A stretch of DNA of 63,721 nt, counting the filler, from Octopus bimaculoides (Eukaryota): the NCBI RefSeq assembly GCF_001194135.2. It is 7 parts of 7 records of this genome, joined end to end, with 100 filler letters (N's around TTAATTAATTAA, not from the genome) between each part and the next. Parts side by side here need not be neighbours in the genome. Positions count along the whole stretch, not along the records: positions 17,106 to 39,896 come from NC_068996.1; positions 39,997 to 51,076 come from NC_069005.1; 5 more parts are not named here. One strand, given 5' to 3'. Below, piece by piece: positions 37,437 through 49,518 of this stretch. The first letter of the stretch is position 1. The number at the start of each line of letters is the position of its first letter. The notes under the pieces were generated by a model, which saw only the letters and a program-made list of their open reading frames with translations, was not told the DNA's origin and did not search any database. The translations under genes and the position numbers were made by a program.

Positions 37437-37541
37437 GTTTTTCTGCATGGCCTCCAGGTAATTTCCATTTTGCCAGCTCTGAAAAAGTTTCTTTAATAAC
37501 AAGCAGTTGATTTCTTTCATTAACAACAAAACCAGCAACAC
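37437..37541 (-). CDS. NUDT6: Internal coding exon of NUDT6-like Nudix hydrolase (GVAGFVVNERNQLLVIKETFSELAKWKLPGGHAEK)
   Basis: Acceptor ttttttcag|GT and donor AAAC|gtatgt; 105 nt, phase 1 to phase 1. Peptide resembles the NUDT6 segment [32 protein letters not shown] and supplies the start of the Nudix box. Confidence 0.88.
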
Positions 37542-39338
37542 CTGAAAAAAAATACACACAAAAGAATATATGTAAAAAAAGCAAATAATTTATAACATTA
37601 TCATTTTGATGTCTGTATCCTTTTTTCTTTTCAGATAATTTTCGTCATCTTCAATATGTTTTTGACACAACATTTTAATGAGTATTCTCTCCTATAGACT
37701 ATAGTTTTCAGGTGTTATTACTAAAAAACAAATATATATTGGTACTGATTTGAAACTTGTCAGTCAAGTCTATGAGGAGCTCAGGCTTTTATGATAACCA
37801 TTCTATAGTAGAAATAAAACAGTCACAACTTAGCTCAACTTTGAAGTTTCCTCCTGGATTGGACATCAGTCTGCTACAAAGTTAACCCCAGCTGCTACTG
37901 TTGATAGCAACAATTTCCAGTTGAATAGATTGAAGTAATGTGAAATAAGGTGTCTAGGGACACAACACATAGCCTTGTCTAAGGGTTGAACCCACCACAT
38001 TATGATCTTGAGCCCAACATTCTAACAACTAGGCCATGCTTTGTGAGACAGATTAGTTTTATCCTACTAATGCACTGTGTGTGAGACATCTGATGTAGAT
38101 AATAGTTGCAGGTGTAGAATCTGAGTGTACTTCATCATGGTCATGCTCATTACCCACTAGTCATTGGCAGTAGATGCCAGCAATATCAACTCTAAGGACT
38201 GACCCAAGAAACCAAGAAATGGCCCATCAGGAGAGTTCCTTCTTTTTTTTCTTACAAATCAAAAACATAAAAGGGATATCTATACATTCTTATATTTGTC
38301 TCACAGTGATAGTTACTCATTTTAAAATTTATTTCAATCTTTCTGATACACACTTTATTGTGCATCACACACACTCTCACTCTTTCTTTCTCATGTGCAT
38401 GCACACACACTCTCACTCTCTCTCATTCTCACATACATGCACACACACAAAATTTCTGCATGTGTAGTGTATGTATATAATATATGCATGCATATGTGTG
38501 ATATGTGTGTAATGATGTTTCATTTATCATGTTTACATTCTTCGCTTCAAATCAGTATGTTATTAATCTTAATATTTTTAATATATTCTTAAACAATATC
38601 TATTTCTGCCTCAATCACCACTAGTTCTTTATTTTCCCCTTCTACAGTTAGTTAAGTAAATTCTTCCTAGTAATGCCACACTGGTCGTTGTTTATACCAT
38701 TAGTAACTTCAACTAAGTATTTCTGATCTTCTTGTAAGCGTGCACATTATTATTGTTATTTCTCCACTAAATATCCTGTACCTTGTTTTACCATTAACTT
38801 GCATTATTATCCGTACAATAATATAATAATATATTACTAGGCTACGATGCTTTATTTATTTTTTATATTTACTTTCTTCACTTTATATTAGTATTTCATT
38901 TGTTTTTTCCTTAAGGAGAAAAGATTTTTTATATTTAATGAACTCTCTTGGTTCTCTCCCTTCCTCCACATTTGAATTAACTTATAGTTTACGGCTTCAG
39001 TTTACTTTACTGTGATCTTTTTTGCCCTCCTCCCCCCATTTTAATAATTTAATTTAAACCTTTAGTATAGCGTTTACAGCCCCCTCCCTTTATAACTCTA
39101 TGTAAACAAGCATTCTTACTTCTAACGGTCACTTACTTGGCCATGCAACATTATAACTCGTAAGTTACCTCATCATTTCGCATTTGTCTTGCTTCTATAT
39201 GTTGGTTCCCTGATGATGAATTTATGTGGAATTCCAGCAGCTCTTGCTTCTTTGGAGTAGAGTACACATATATTTTGTTGAAAACATGTGTAGGAATTAA
39301 AGGAACCTTTATTTATATGCGTTTTGCTCCATTTATTG

Positions 39339-39381
<43 letters not shown>

Positions 39382-39659
39382 CACACAACTATATCCGTAT
39401 GTATGTCCATAGACACACACTCATATATATATATACATATCTACGTATCTATCTATATCTATATAAATACAAACATGCCTATATCTATCCATATGTGTGT
39501 GTGTGCTTACAAGTGAAAAAAAATTCCTCAATGAAATTAATTTATTTGTTAATTTGCAACTGATGTCTAATTTCATATGTTTGGTTCTTCAGGTCATCAT
39601 AATACAAAAGTTGCAACTTCCATTTGTTTAACATTTATGGCAAAACCATAAACGTATAG

Positions 39660-39827
39660 GCACAGGCATGGTTATGTGGTTAGAAGCTTGCTTTCCAACT
39701 ACATGGTTCCAGGTTCACTCCCACTGCATGGCACATTAGGCTTGAGCAAGTATCTTCTACATTAGCCTCAGGCCGAGCACAGCTTTGTGAGTGGATCTGG
39801 CAGATGGAAACTGAAACAAGCCCATTA

Positions 39828-39896
<69 letters not shown>

Positions 39897-40255
39897 NNNN
39901 NNNNNNNNNNNNNNNNNNNNNNNNNNNNNNNNNNNNNNNNTTAATTAATTAANNNNNNNNNNNNNNNNNNNNNNNNNNNNNNNNNNNNNNNNNNNNTATA
40001 TATGCATGTGTGCGTGTGTGTGCTTGTTTGTGTGTCTTCGTTACTGTGTTTCTCCCCCTCCACCGCTTGACAGTCGTTGTAAATATGTTTATGTTCCCCG
40101 TAACTTAGCGGTTCGGCTTAAGAGACCGATAAAATAAGCACCAGGCTTAAAATAAATAAGTACTGGGATCGATTCATTCGACTAAAAATTCTTCAAGGCG
40201 GTGCTCTAGATTGGCCGCACTTTAATGACTGAAACAAGTAAAAGATAAAAGATAA
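39660..40255 (+). mobile_element. SINE family B with expanded internal (TG)n tract and gap
   Basis: 5' half 39660-39825 and 3' half 40040-40255 match the 24534 copy. Confidence 0.8.
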
Positions 40256-40431
40256 AATATATGGTATAAAAAAAAAATGTTGGGAATTGGCAAAATGTTA
40301 ATTATATAAAAATGTCAATGAGAAACCAGCGACGAAGGGAAAAGATGTTAATAAAGTAGTTGGAATGAATAGAATACGATCAGCAAAAAAGCAAATATGA
40401 GTTGACCTGTTAGAGGCAAAAAGGGAATCTT

Positions 40432-40629
40432 CACATTCTCGAGTAACACTTGGAGCATAACACGAATCTGTTCAAAGATCAGGACTGAGATGTGCTTGGT
40501 GACGTCATGACAAACCAACCGTCAACTGGCTTGCTTGCTGGTGACTCGGATGTTGTTATATAGAACCTTATAATTGTGATTGGCACTGCCCTTGCCCGGT
40601 CTTTTGTTGTTCTGGATGCATCCAGACAT
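40432..40629 (-). pseudogene. H4: Degenerate, 3'-truncated histone H4 pseudogene
   Basis: Hand translation MSGCIQNNKRPGKGSANHNYKVLYNNIRVTSKQAS*RLVCHDVTKHISVLIFEQIRVMLQVLLENV aligns without gaps to H4 residues 1-66, with 30/66 identities by my count and an in-frame TGA at the R36 position (40524-40522). Confidence 0.85.
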
Positions 40630-41781
40630 AATGTGTAGGAGGAGGGCAGAGAATAAATGTAAATTTTAAAAATCTATGTAAAAAAAATAAGCAAAACGAA
40701 AAATAATTTTAATAAAATTTGTAATATTCTCAAACAAAATTTTGAAGTTTTTGTTTTCAATGATATTCAAATGCAAATAATGATTTTAAAAATCATTTAA
40801 ATAAAAGTAGAAATATTTTTTATGTAATAAATTTGGCAATGATAAATTTTTAATGCCCAATTCCATTAATTTATCAAATTTTAATATATTTGATTAATTT
40901 TTTTAGTATAATTTTAAATTTTGTGCTAAGCAGTCGTATTTATTATTTTAATTATTAATTATTTGTATTGATTAATTTTTACTATTCGGTACCAAGAAAA
41001 AAAACCATCAACATAGAAACCAATACTTGGCCTAACAATTAAAAATAAATCCTATTTTGCAAAACATAAATGAAATGCACTAATTAATAAGCTTAAATTG
41101 CCATATTTATGCTTTAAATCTATGAATAATCTTATTCACAAAGCATCTTTAACATTTTAAAATTTGAATGAAAAATGATATCGTTTGCAACTAATTTGTG
41201 TCTGAAATCACTATTTTTTTTTGCTCCTATAAGTNNNNNNNNNNNNNNNNNNNNNNNNNNNNNNNNNNNNNNNNNNNNNNNNNNNNNNNNNNNNNNNNNN
41301 NNNNNNNNNNNNNNNNNNNNNNNNNNNNNNNNNNNNNNNNNNNNNNNNNNNNNNNNNNNNNNNNNNNNNNNNNNNNNNNNNNNNNNNNNNNNNNNNNNNN
41401 NNNNNNNNNNNNNNNNNNNNNNNNNNNNNNNNNNNNNNNNNNNNNNNNNNNNNNNNNNNNNNNNNNNNNNNNNNNNNNNNNNNNNNNNNNNNNNNNNNNN
41501 NNNNNNNNNNNNNNNNNNNNNNNNNNNNNNNNNNNNNNNNNNNNNNNNNNNNNNNNNNNNNNNNNNNNNNNNNNNNNNNNNNNNNNNNNNNNNNNNNNNN
41601 NNNNNNNNNNNNNNNNNNNNNNNNNNNNNNNNNNNNNNNNNNNNNNGATTCTTCTTACTTGGGTCTTTTAAAGAAAACTTAACAAACAATACTAATGATT
41701 TTCTAAAATAACAGATATGATGGTTTAAAAATGGTTTTAGTGTTTATCTTTAATGTGTTAGCCTACTTTTGTTTTAAACAT

Positions 41782-42175
41782 GCGTGGCACCTTGGGCAAG
41801 TGTCTTCTATTATAGCCTCAGGCCGACCAAAGTCTTGTGAGTCAATTGATTTGGTAAACGGAAACTGAAAGAAGTGTGGCGTAAGAGTGTTAAACACTTT
41901 CGGTATGCAAATTAGGGACTCCTTCATAGAGTAACCGCTGCATTTGTTGAGTATATAAACAGTTTGGTTGCTTGTTTCTCTAGGGACTGTCATAATGCTA
42001 TAGACTCCTCTGATGAGAACCCTATAAAGCTCAAAAATCGATTAAGGTGGTTCATCATGTTTTTTTTCAGTCTGTGGAGAAATGGCTAAAATTTGCCTTG
42101 TTTATAATTAAACCATGTTATATATATATATATGTATATATTAAAATATAACATACACACACACATATATATATG

Positions 42176-42218
<43 letters not shown>

Positions 42219-42412
42219 TTGTGTTTGTCTCCCACCACCGCTTGACAACCGGTGTTGGTGTGTTTACGTCCCCGTAAGGTAGCAGTTCGTCAAAAGAGAC
42301 CGGTAGAATAAGTACTAGACTTAAAAGATATAAGTGTTGGGGTCGATTTGCTAGATTAAAACCCTTCAAGATGGTTCTCCGCAGTTAAATGCCTGAAACA
42401 AGTAAAAGATAG
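41782..42412 (+). mobile_element. SINE family B halves separated by a Penelope-like fragment and microsatellite
   Basis: 5' part 41782-41875 (gcgtggcaccttgggcaagtgtcttc...ggaaactgaaagaag) and 3' part 42223-42412. Confidence 0.7.
42007..42047 (+). ncRNA. Decayed minimal hammerhead motif (G12A)
   Basis: cct-CTGATGA-gaac(cctataaa)gctc-AAAA-atcgat-TA-agg: palindromic helix III AATCGATT, but GAAA is mutated to AAAA and helix II has one mismatch. Confidence 0.4.
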
Positions 42413-42794
42413 AATATAAATCACCCAAGGCCATAAATGTTCTCTGTTCGTTTTGTACATGTAACTAAGTTTTATGTATGGTTGGTGCCAGTGTAGAGCA
42501 ACACTGTGCTGATAACGTCTATTGAAGCAGAAACACGTATTTATAGCTGTCCGTCTGTCTCCAGAAAAAAAAAGGCTGTTCTTTTTTTTACCTCTCTGTT
42601 GATTGCTTTAATCTCTTCTTCTCATTTGGAATCGGTTGCAAATTACCGCTAGGCTTTTGTTTATTCTTCCCTACAAGCGAAAATAGTTTCAGTAAATCAA
42701 GTATTTATTTTGTATGTTATTTAGTATATCTTTCTGTGTTCTTGTAACCCAACTTCATGCCACTGACTACTCAGAATTATTTCTCTGAACTCAG

Positions 42795-42877
<83 letters not shown>

Positions 42878-44232
42878 TCATATATGTAAGCATATGTGTG
42901 TGTGTTTTTGTGTGGGCGTGTGTGTGTGTGCGTGTGTGTGTGTGTGCGTGTGTGTGTCTGTATGAATGTATGAATACATTAAGAAATAAAAGAGAGAGAA
43001 TGAGATTTGCTGCATATATAAATTTCTATTATTGATTAAAAATTTTTTTTATTTTCTATTTATATTTAGATTTGGTTATGAAAATTTCAGAAGATTCTTC
43101 TAAACGTGCCGCAATGGCTCACCGTTCGACGATAACCAAAGTGGTATGGATTTGTACTTGTTTCCACTCACCAGTTTAACAACCACGCCTACTGCATCTT
43201 CACACCACTTCAACCAGCAAACCAGTATCTTACGTCGCCATTACTTACGTGATAATTTCTCTTCTGGATGCAAGCAAAATCAAATCAAATCGAAGGTTAT
43301 TAAGAAAAAAAATCGAAAAATTATAACACACACACACACGCACACACACACAACACTGCTTCATCATAAAATGCTATAAACAGATAAATGAAATAAAGAC
43401 ATAGACAAAGATAAAAACTAAAAAGCTAAACATTTCAAGTTCGAAAAATTGGAAGACTCGATTTAGCAGACGACACGTAAAGAATAAAAAAAAAAAAAAA
43501 AAAAAAAAAAATCTGAAAGTGTTAACCTATTTAAAAAGAATATGGAGAATATGTCTGAGACTACGAGGGAAATTCAACAGACTTGGGATATATTAATGAA
43601 AATTTCACCAGTGAAGCTATGGAGGGAGCGAATATTCAGTTACAGTGTAGAAAAACAAGAGAGGCATTCCTCTTAATCTGCTTTTTCAGCTGTATAACAA
43701 TTGCAAAACGGACGGTTGTAGCTATAATCGTTGCTATAATGCCAACGGATTATAAATTCTTTTCTTTGTGATCTTCAGTGGAAATTTTGCCAAAAATAAA
43801 CTTTTATTACACATATCAAACTAAGAAAGAAAAAAAGAACCTGATTAAAAGATCGAGGATAACTTAAGAAATAATTTAGGAGACGGCTGTCCGGAAAAAA
43901 AAGTATTTTATATCAGAGCAGCAAATTAATGTTTGGCAATTGAAGAGAACAAGAGTTACTGGCATTATATACATTGGCTGTAGCTTTTGTCTATGTCGTT
44001 ATAGCTGTAAAAACTCTAGCTATTGTAGTTACATACAGGAGTAAGTGTAATATCTACATGCAACTAATCTATAATTTTATCTGTGTTCTCTGTTTGATCA
44101 GATATTTTTCCATCGTAGAAGATCAGTGAATGCAATTATTGCAAAGTGTTACATTTTTAATAAACGTGAATCTTAACGCATCCTCGCTGCTGTGGTCAAA
44201 GTAAACATTTGCAACAGCGGAACTGTTTATAG

Positions 44233-46170
44233 ATGAAAATGGATCCGTTGTATACAGCGGACATGACGGTGATGCCGTTCACCTGCGAGGACTGCAATAC
44301 TGTATTTATGAACAGAGATGCATACGCTATGCATGTGATGATACGTGCTAAAGAAAAATCGTGCCGATCCGAATCACGTGTTGCAGTCACCGGAAGCAAT
44401 AGTGGGAATGGTCGAGCAGATATTGAGTCCAACATAGGCAACACAAACGACATCAAATCTTCCACACTTGCCCTTCATTCCACAACGACGAAAGAAACGT
44501 TGAGTTTTGTCGACCAAGGTGATATGTCGATATCGGAAATAGAGAATTGCATTAAAGAAGTCAAACAAGAAGTCTTGTCAAATGATGGCTCTAATACAGG
44601 AAGTCCAGTTCCTCTTACACCAAAATTAGTTGTCGTGAAAACCGAACCGGAAACTAACAACAGAGATTGTTCTTTAATGGATCCGATGAGTAACAATGGT
44701 GTAATATCTCGAAGATCTACCACTGACCACCAAAATGTTAGCTGTACCGATACCAGCATTGTCAAAGAACAATCCCCTTCTTTGATGAATTCCTCAACAA
44801 ATCTAATCAGCTCACATCACGTTATCTGTTTGATGTGTGATTCTCAGTTTGCAGACCAAGATTCATTGGCCATGCATATGATGTCATATCATGCAGAAAG
44901 TGCATCAAGTAGCAGGTCACAACATGCTTATCACGAATCAGCAAATGACTGTTCACATGCATCATCTATTCAACATTTCGATTTTCCGTCACATGCCCTC
45001 TATCAGTCTACTCGCAGGAGCACCGCGCGGTTGCGATGCGACGAATGCGGTGCAGCGTTCGAAAACGAAGATTTTCTAACTTTACACTTGATATCTCACA
45101 GACGTGGCGTTCAGGCGCTACATAATACTGCTATATTTAACGATCCATCCAGGATTTATAGTCAAATGCTTGAGAGCAAACGGAAGCGTCAGCTTCAACA
45201 TGGAAGCGACACTGGAGAGACCCCATGTCCGTTACCCATAAAAAAGAATTCCCTCCATATAGAACCTCGATTGTCGGACTCATATCATACTGTTTCGTTT
45301 GACAAGCATTCCAAGAGCAGCTCTCTGAAAAATTACTTAAGTAAATATAACACAGTCTATAAATCTCATGTATTTCATAATGAATCCCCGAGTAGTGAAA
45401 AATTAAATATGATACAGAAGCAAGTTGGCACCTCTTCAAATAATTCACTACAAGAGAAACCGAAGTGTTGGAAGGAAGATCAGTTACGATACATATCTTC
45501 CTTCGGTGCTAAAGGTGTCAACAGAAGTCAAAGTGTGCCAAACGATTTTAACTCTGAGAATTCTATAACATCGCGACCTCATTCCGTAGGTTTTATCGAA
45601 AAGTCCGATTACCAAAGTAAACCAACGTTTTTAAAGAATTTCCACTATTACGATTCTTTATACGACAGAAATGTCCTTGCGAAGAACAAAGAAGCACATA
45701 AAAAGCATGGTAAATTGTTTGACCATCAAGACAATATATACAGAGGCCGAAATATTGGCGAGGGAAATAGCTCAAAAGATAGGGCTTACTTGTTTTATGA
45801 CAGCTGGTCAAAGGAGAAGAGAACAGACAAAGCAAACTGTTCTACAGCAATGTCTTCGAAAGCAGCCATCCATAATTCGGTTCCGGTGAATGAGTTAGAA
45901 AGCCAGCAAGGTAAACAAGAACAGTTTGTGAGTTCATCTAACGGCAGTGAGTCATCTTTTAGTAGTAGCTACTCTGATATTTTACACGAATTGAAGAACA
46001 AAGCGGAACAGGTAGCCATGTGCAAACACTGTGATGTGATATTTCTTAACAGAATACTTTATCATCTACACATGGGATTGCACAACGTTAACAATCCTTG
46101 GCAGTGCAACATTTGTGGCAAAGTCTGCAATGACGTGCACAATTTTACCACACACGCCATACATTTTTAA
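44233..46170 (+). CDS. C2H2 zinc-finger protein (645 aa) with C-terminal Ikaros/Hunchback/TRPS1-type double finger
   Basis: Only long clean ORF in the window. Isolated fingers CEDC..F..H (lacks second His), CLMC..H...YH and CDEC..H..SH. C-terminal pair CKHCDVIFLNRILYHLHMGLH-NVNNPWQCNICGKVCNDVHNFTTHAIHF (46021-46167) resembles the Ikaros/Hunchback/TRPS1 dimerisation fingers. The ATG follows tttatag, so an upstream exon is possible. Confidence 0.9.
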   Translation: MKMDPLYTADMTVMPFTCEDCNTVFMNRDAYAMHVMIRAKEKSCRSESRVAVTGSNSGNGRADIESNIGNTNDIKSSTLALHSTTTKETLSFVDQGDMSISEIENCIKEVKQEVLSNDGSNTGSPVPLTPKLVVVKTEPETNNRDCSLMDPMSNNGVISRRSTTDHQNVSCTDTSIVKEQSPSLMNSSTNLISSHHVICLMCDSQFADQDSLAMHMMSYHAESASSSRSQHAYHESANDCSHASSIQHFDFPSHALYQSTRRSTARLRCDECGAAFENEDFLTLHLISHRRGVQALHNTAIFNDPSRIYSQMLESKRKRQLQHGSDTGETPCPLPIKKNSLHIEPRLSDSYHTVSFDKHSKSSSLKNYLSKYNTVYKSHVFHNESPSSEKLNMIQKQVGTSSNNSLQEKPKCWKEDQLRYISSFGAKGVNRSQSVPNDFNSENSITSRPHSVGFIEKSDYQSKPTFLKNFHYYDSLYDRNVLAKNKEAHKKHGKLFDHQDNIYRGRNIGEGNSSKDRAYLFYDSWSKEKRTDKANCSTAMSSKAAIHNSVPVNELESQQGKQEQFVSSSNGSESSFSSSYSDILHELKNKAEQVAMCKHCDVIFLNRILYHLHMGLHNVNNPWQCNICGKVCNDVHNFTTHAIHF

Positions 46171-47560
46171 TGGTCAGGAAACGAGGGAAATATGAGCACC
46201 AAATGAGGAAGTCTCTGCACGTTCTCTGTTGGTCTCTTAGAATCCTAGAAATGGCTGGCAAATCTCCCTCAAATAACACCCTACAAAAAGAAAAAGAAAA
46301 GTATATATGAGCCCGTGAAGAGAACTCTTTTGGCCTGTTAGAAATAGCAGAGAAATCTTTCTCAAATTTCACGCTACTGTACTTGCAACCAAATAAGAAA
46401 GAAAAAGAAAAGGAAAAACAAATGAGTCATTAAATGCGTTTCTACATGGTCATTCGACTTGTTACAAATAGCAGCCAAATCTCCACCTTACATTATTTAG
46501 AAAAATAAAATGAAGGGTGTACTGGATAATGTAATGTCAGATAAACTGATAAACTATATCTGAAAAGAGTAGGTGGTCACGGTTGGACTGAAGTCTTTGG
46601 TTATAAGTATATCTCAGCAGGGATGACATGGGGCTAAACAGCAAAGACTTATTAGTTACACTGTCTGAACATAAAAGACAGGATGGTCAAAGCTTTGAGC
46701 ATTAGTTTGCTGAAGTCAGGGCTAACCTAGAACGAAACAATAACCGGAAACAGTTTTGAAACAAAAGAGACGCAAGATGAAGGGTGAAAAATCACCCATG
46801 TCTCCATCCATCTATCCTGGACGCAGCAAAATATACGTATCTCTCATAGTACAGCAGTTCTATGTAATTCTACACATGTATATTGAGGTTTTACTACTCC
46901 ATAGAACGAGACATCGATCTATACAGAGACACACAAGTAACGCCTCTACGTGGTCACTCGATCTGCTAGAAATAGTAGCTAAGTCTCCTCCACATTACAC
47001 TCAACAGTCTTTTTTTTTTTTCAACAAAACAGAAAGGATATATGGGACAATGTCACGTCAGGAACGTTGTTGATCATAGCCCTGTTCTATCAGAGCTGAC
47101 CTGTAACAACTCTAACAACACTCGCATCCCACGTTTATAAGACCCATATATAAACGTATACACACACGAACAAAGCCAAATGAGTGTAGATAAATGAACA
47201 AATATATACATACACACGTACGTTTATTGACATATGTGAATGTCATAAATTTACCTCTTGTTTATACACACATGTATTATATATTGATATATAAATATAT
47301 ATATGTATAAAATATAGATATATCATTTTTATTTCAATGTCTTAACAAGTATATATTATATCTATTCATATCTCATTTTTCTCTCTCACTCCCACGTCTT
47401 TTACTTTTCCGTCTCTCTCTCATTCCTCTCTTTTTCTTTCTTTCTCTCTCTCTCTCTCTCTGTCTCCCTTCTCCCTCTCTCTTTCATGGTTTGGCTGTAG
47501 TGGTCAAGAAGTAATTTCAGGTTCATTTCTAATATATGGCATCGTAATATTGAATACGTT

Positions 47561-47775
47561 TAAGGTGGCGAACAGGCAGAATCATTACCACACCGGGCCA
47601 AATGCGTAGAAGTCATTCGTCCGTCTTTACGTTCCGAGTTCAAATTCCGCCGAGGTCAACTTTGCCTTTCATCCTTTCGGGCTCGATAAAATAAGATCCA
47701 GTTGAGTACTGGGGTCGACATAATCGCCCCCTCTCACGAAATTGCTGTCTTTGTGCTAAAATTTGAAATCAATAT
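47561..47775 (+). mobile_element. SINE family C copy
   Basis: taaggtggcgaacaggcagaatc...gagttcaaattccgccgaggtcaactttgcctttcatcctttcgg. Confidence 0.8.
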
Positions 47776-47893
47776 TGAATAATTTTTCAGTTTCATGTTT
47801 TAAATTGATGTTATATATAACGTGTCAAAGCTAACATTAATGTGTGTGTGTGTGTGCGTATGTGTGTGCACGTGTGTGAATGTATGTATACAC

Positions 47894-47960
<67 letters not shown>

Positions 47961-48513
47961 TATATGTATAAATATGTATTTGAGTAGGTGTGTGTCCATA
48001 TTCACACACACAGACACATGCGTACATACGAATTTCCATTTGTACCTATCATCATAGGCGCATTAGGTTATGTACCAACAAATTTACACCAAGAAACCTA
48101 GAAATACTCTGTTTGATGGAGAAAGAACAAAAGAAACTGACGTGGATTCTCCAAATCCAACCGATTAATGGCACAGTGAAGATGTGTAAGACATTCCAAA
48201 ACACTTATGCGATTCTTATGTGAATATATGCACACACCTTGTGAGCGTCGATAGTTCAACCAACACACCAACTCAACCACATATTTTACTAACGGTGGGA
48301 ACTCTCTTGACTGAAAATTTCATGTCTCTTTATTAGCGATCGACTTGAACTCTCTCAAGAACTTGAATTAAACTCAAAGAAAAATCATACAAAAATACAT
48401 ACATACATACATAAAACTTTGCAGAAGTTTATCATTTAAGTAATTATGAGCATCTTTAGATATGCAACTAAATGCATGAGAATACATGCATAAAACAAAG
48501 CATGCAAATCTGC

Positions 48514-48572
<59 letters not shown>

Positions 48573-49171
48573 CATACATACATACAAAAATCCCCCTCTA
48601 ATGTTGTTGAAATTCCAACAAAGAAGCCTTGGATCTAGATTAGAAACCGGCTCTTTCTCTATTGGCAAGAAATCTAGAAATAAAATTGAATAATGACATA
48701 CATGCATACATACACACATACATACATACATATGCACGTTACTATTTACAAGCGGGGTGGGGAAGGAGAAGTTACTCAAAAGCCTTAAGTTTTATGTTAA
48801 ACACCTGTGGAACCAAAGTTTGGGCTTGCCGAAGGGTTTATTTATACAGTTGACGTAGATTGCAATGGAGGATTCAGAAAAAATACCATTAATATCGCAT
48901 GTTGACAATAAATACTATTCGAATTCTCAAAATGGCGTAGCCCACCAAGCTGCAGACGTGCACCATAGAGTAGTATTGTTCACTGTCCTGAGACCAAGAT
49001 CAAGACACTTAACTATCAATAGCGCTGACTGTAAGTTAGTACCACTATTTTTTTCTATCCAACCTTAGCACTCACAATGCCGGTTAACCAGTATCCATGG
49101 CCTTTAAGTGACAGAAGTCAGAACATTTCCACTTAACAGGAGGTCTGTCCGTTGCAGGGTCCAACGCGCGG

Positions 49172-49350
49172 AATTTTGATGAGACAGGCAAGTACTAGGG
49201 TCGATGTACTTAACTGGTACTTATTTTATCGATCCCGAAGGCAGGAAATGCAAAAGTTGACATCATCATTTTTTGATTTAGAGCATAAAGATCCGGAAGA
49301 AATGACGCTAATCATTTTGTCCGACTTCTTAACAGTTTTACCAACTCGTA
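49172..49350 (-). mobile_element. Diverged SINE family C copy
   Basis: actggtacttattttatcgatcccgaaggcaggaaatgcaaaagttgac. Confidence 0.55.
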
Positions 49351-49466
49351 ACCTTAAGGTTGTACCATAATATGTATGTATGTACGTATCCATGTATGTA
49401 TATTTGTACGTATTCATGTATGTATGTATGTATGTATGTATGTATGTATGTATGTATGTATGTATG

Positions 49467-49518
<52 letters not shown>

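Noticed and set aside
39173-39388. Minus-strand ORF considered as the first Nudix exon
   Set aside because: Its core (aataaatggagcaaaacgcatataaataaa...) is a repeat also present at ~4510-4600.
48865-49032. MEDSEKIPLISH... ORF with a possible donor (ct|gtaagt)
   Set aside because: No recognisable domain or partner exon; compatible with chance.
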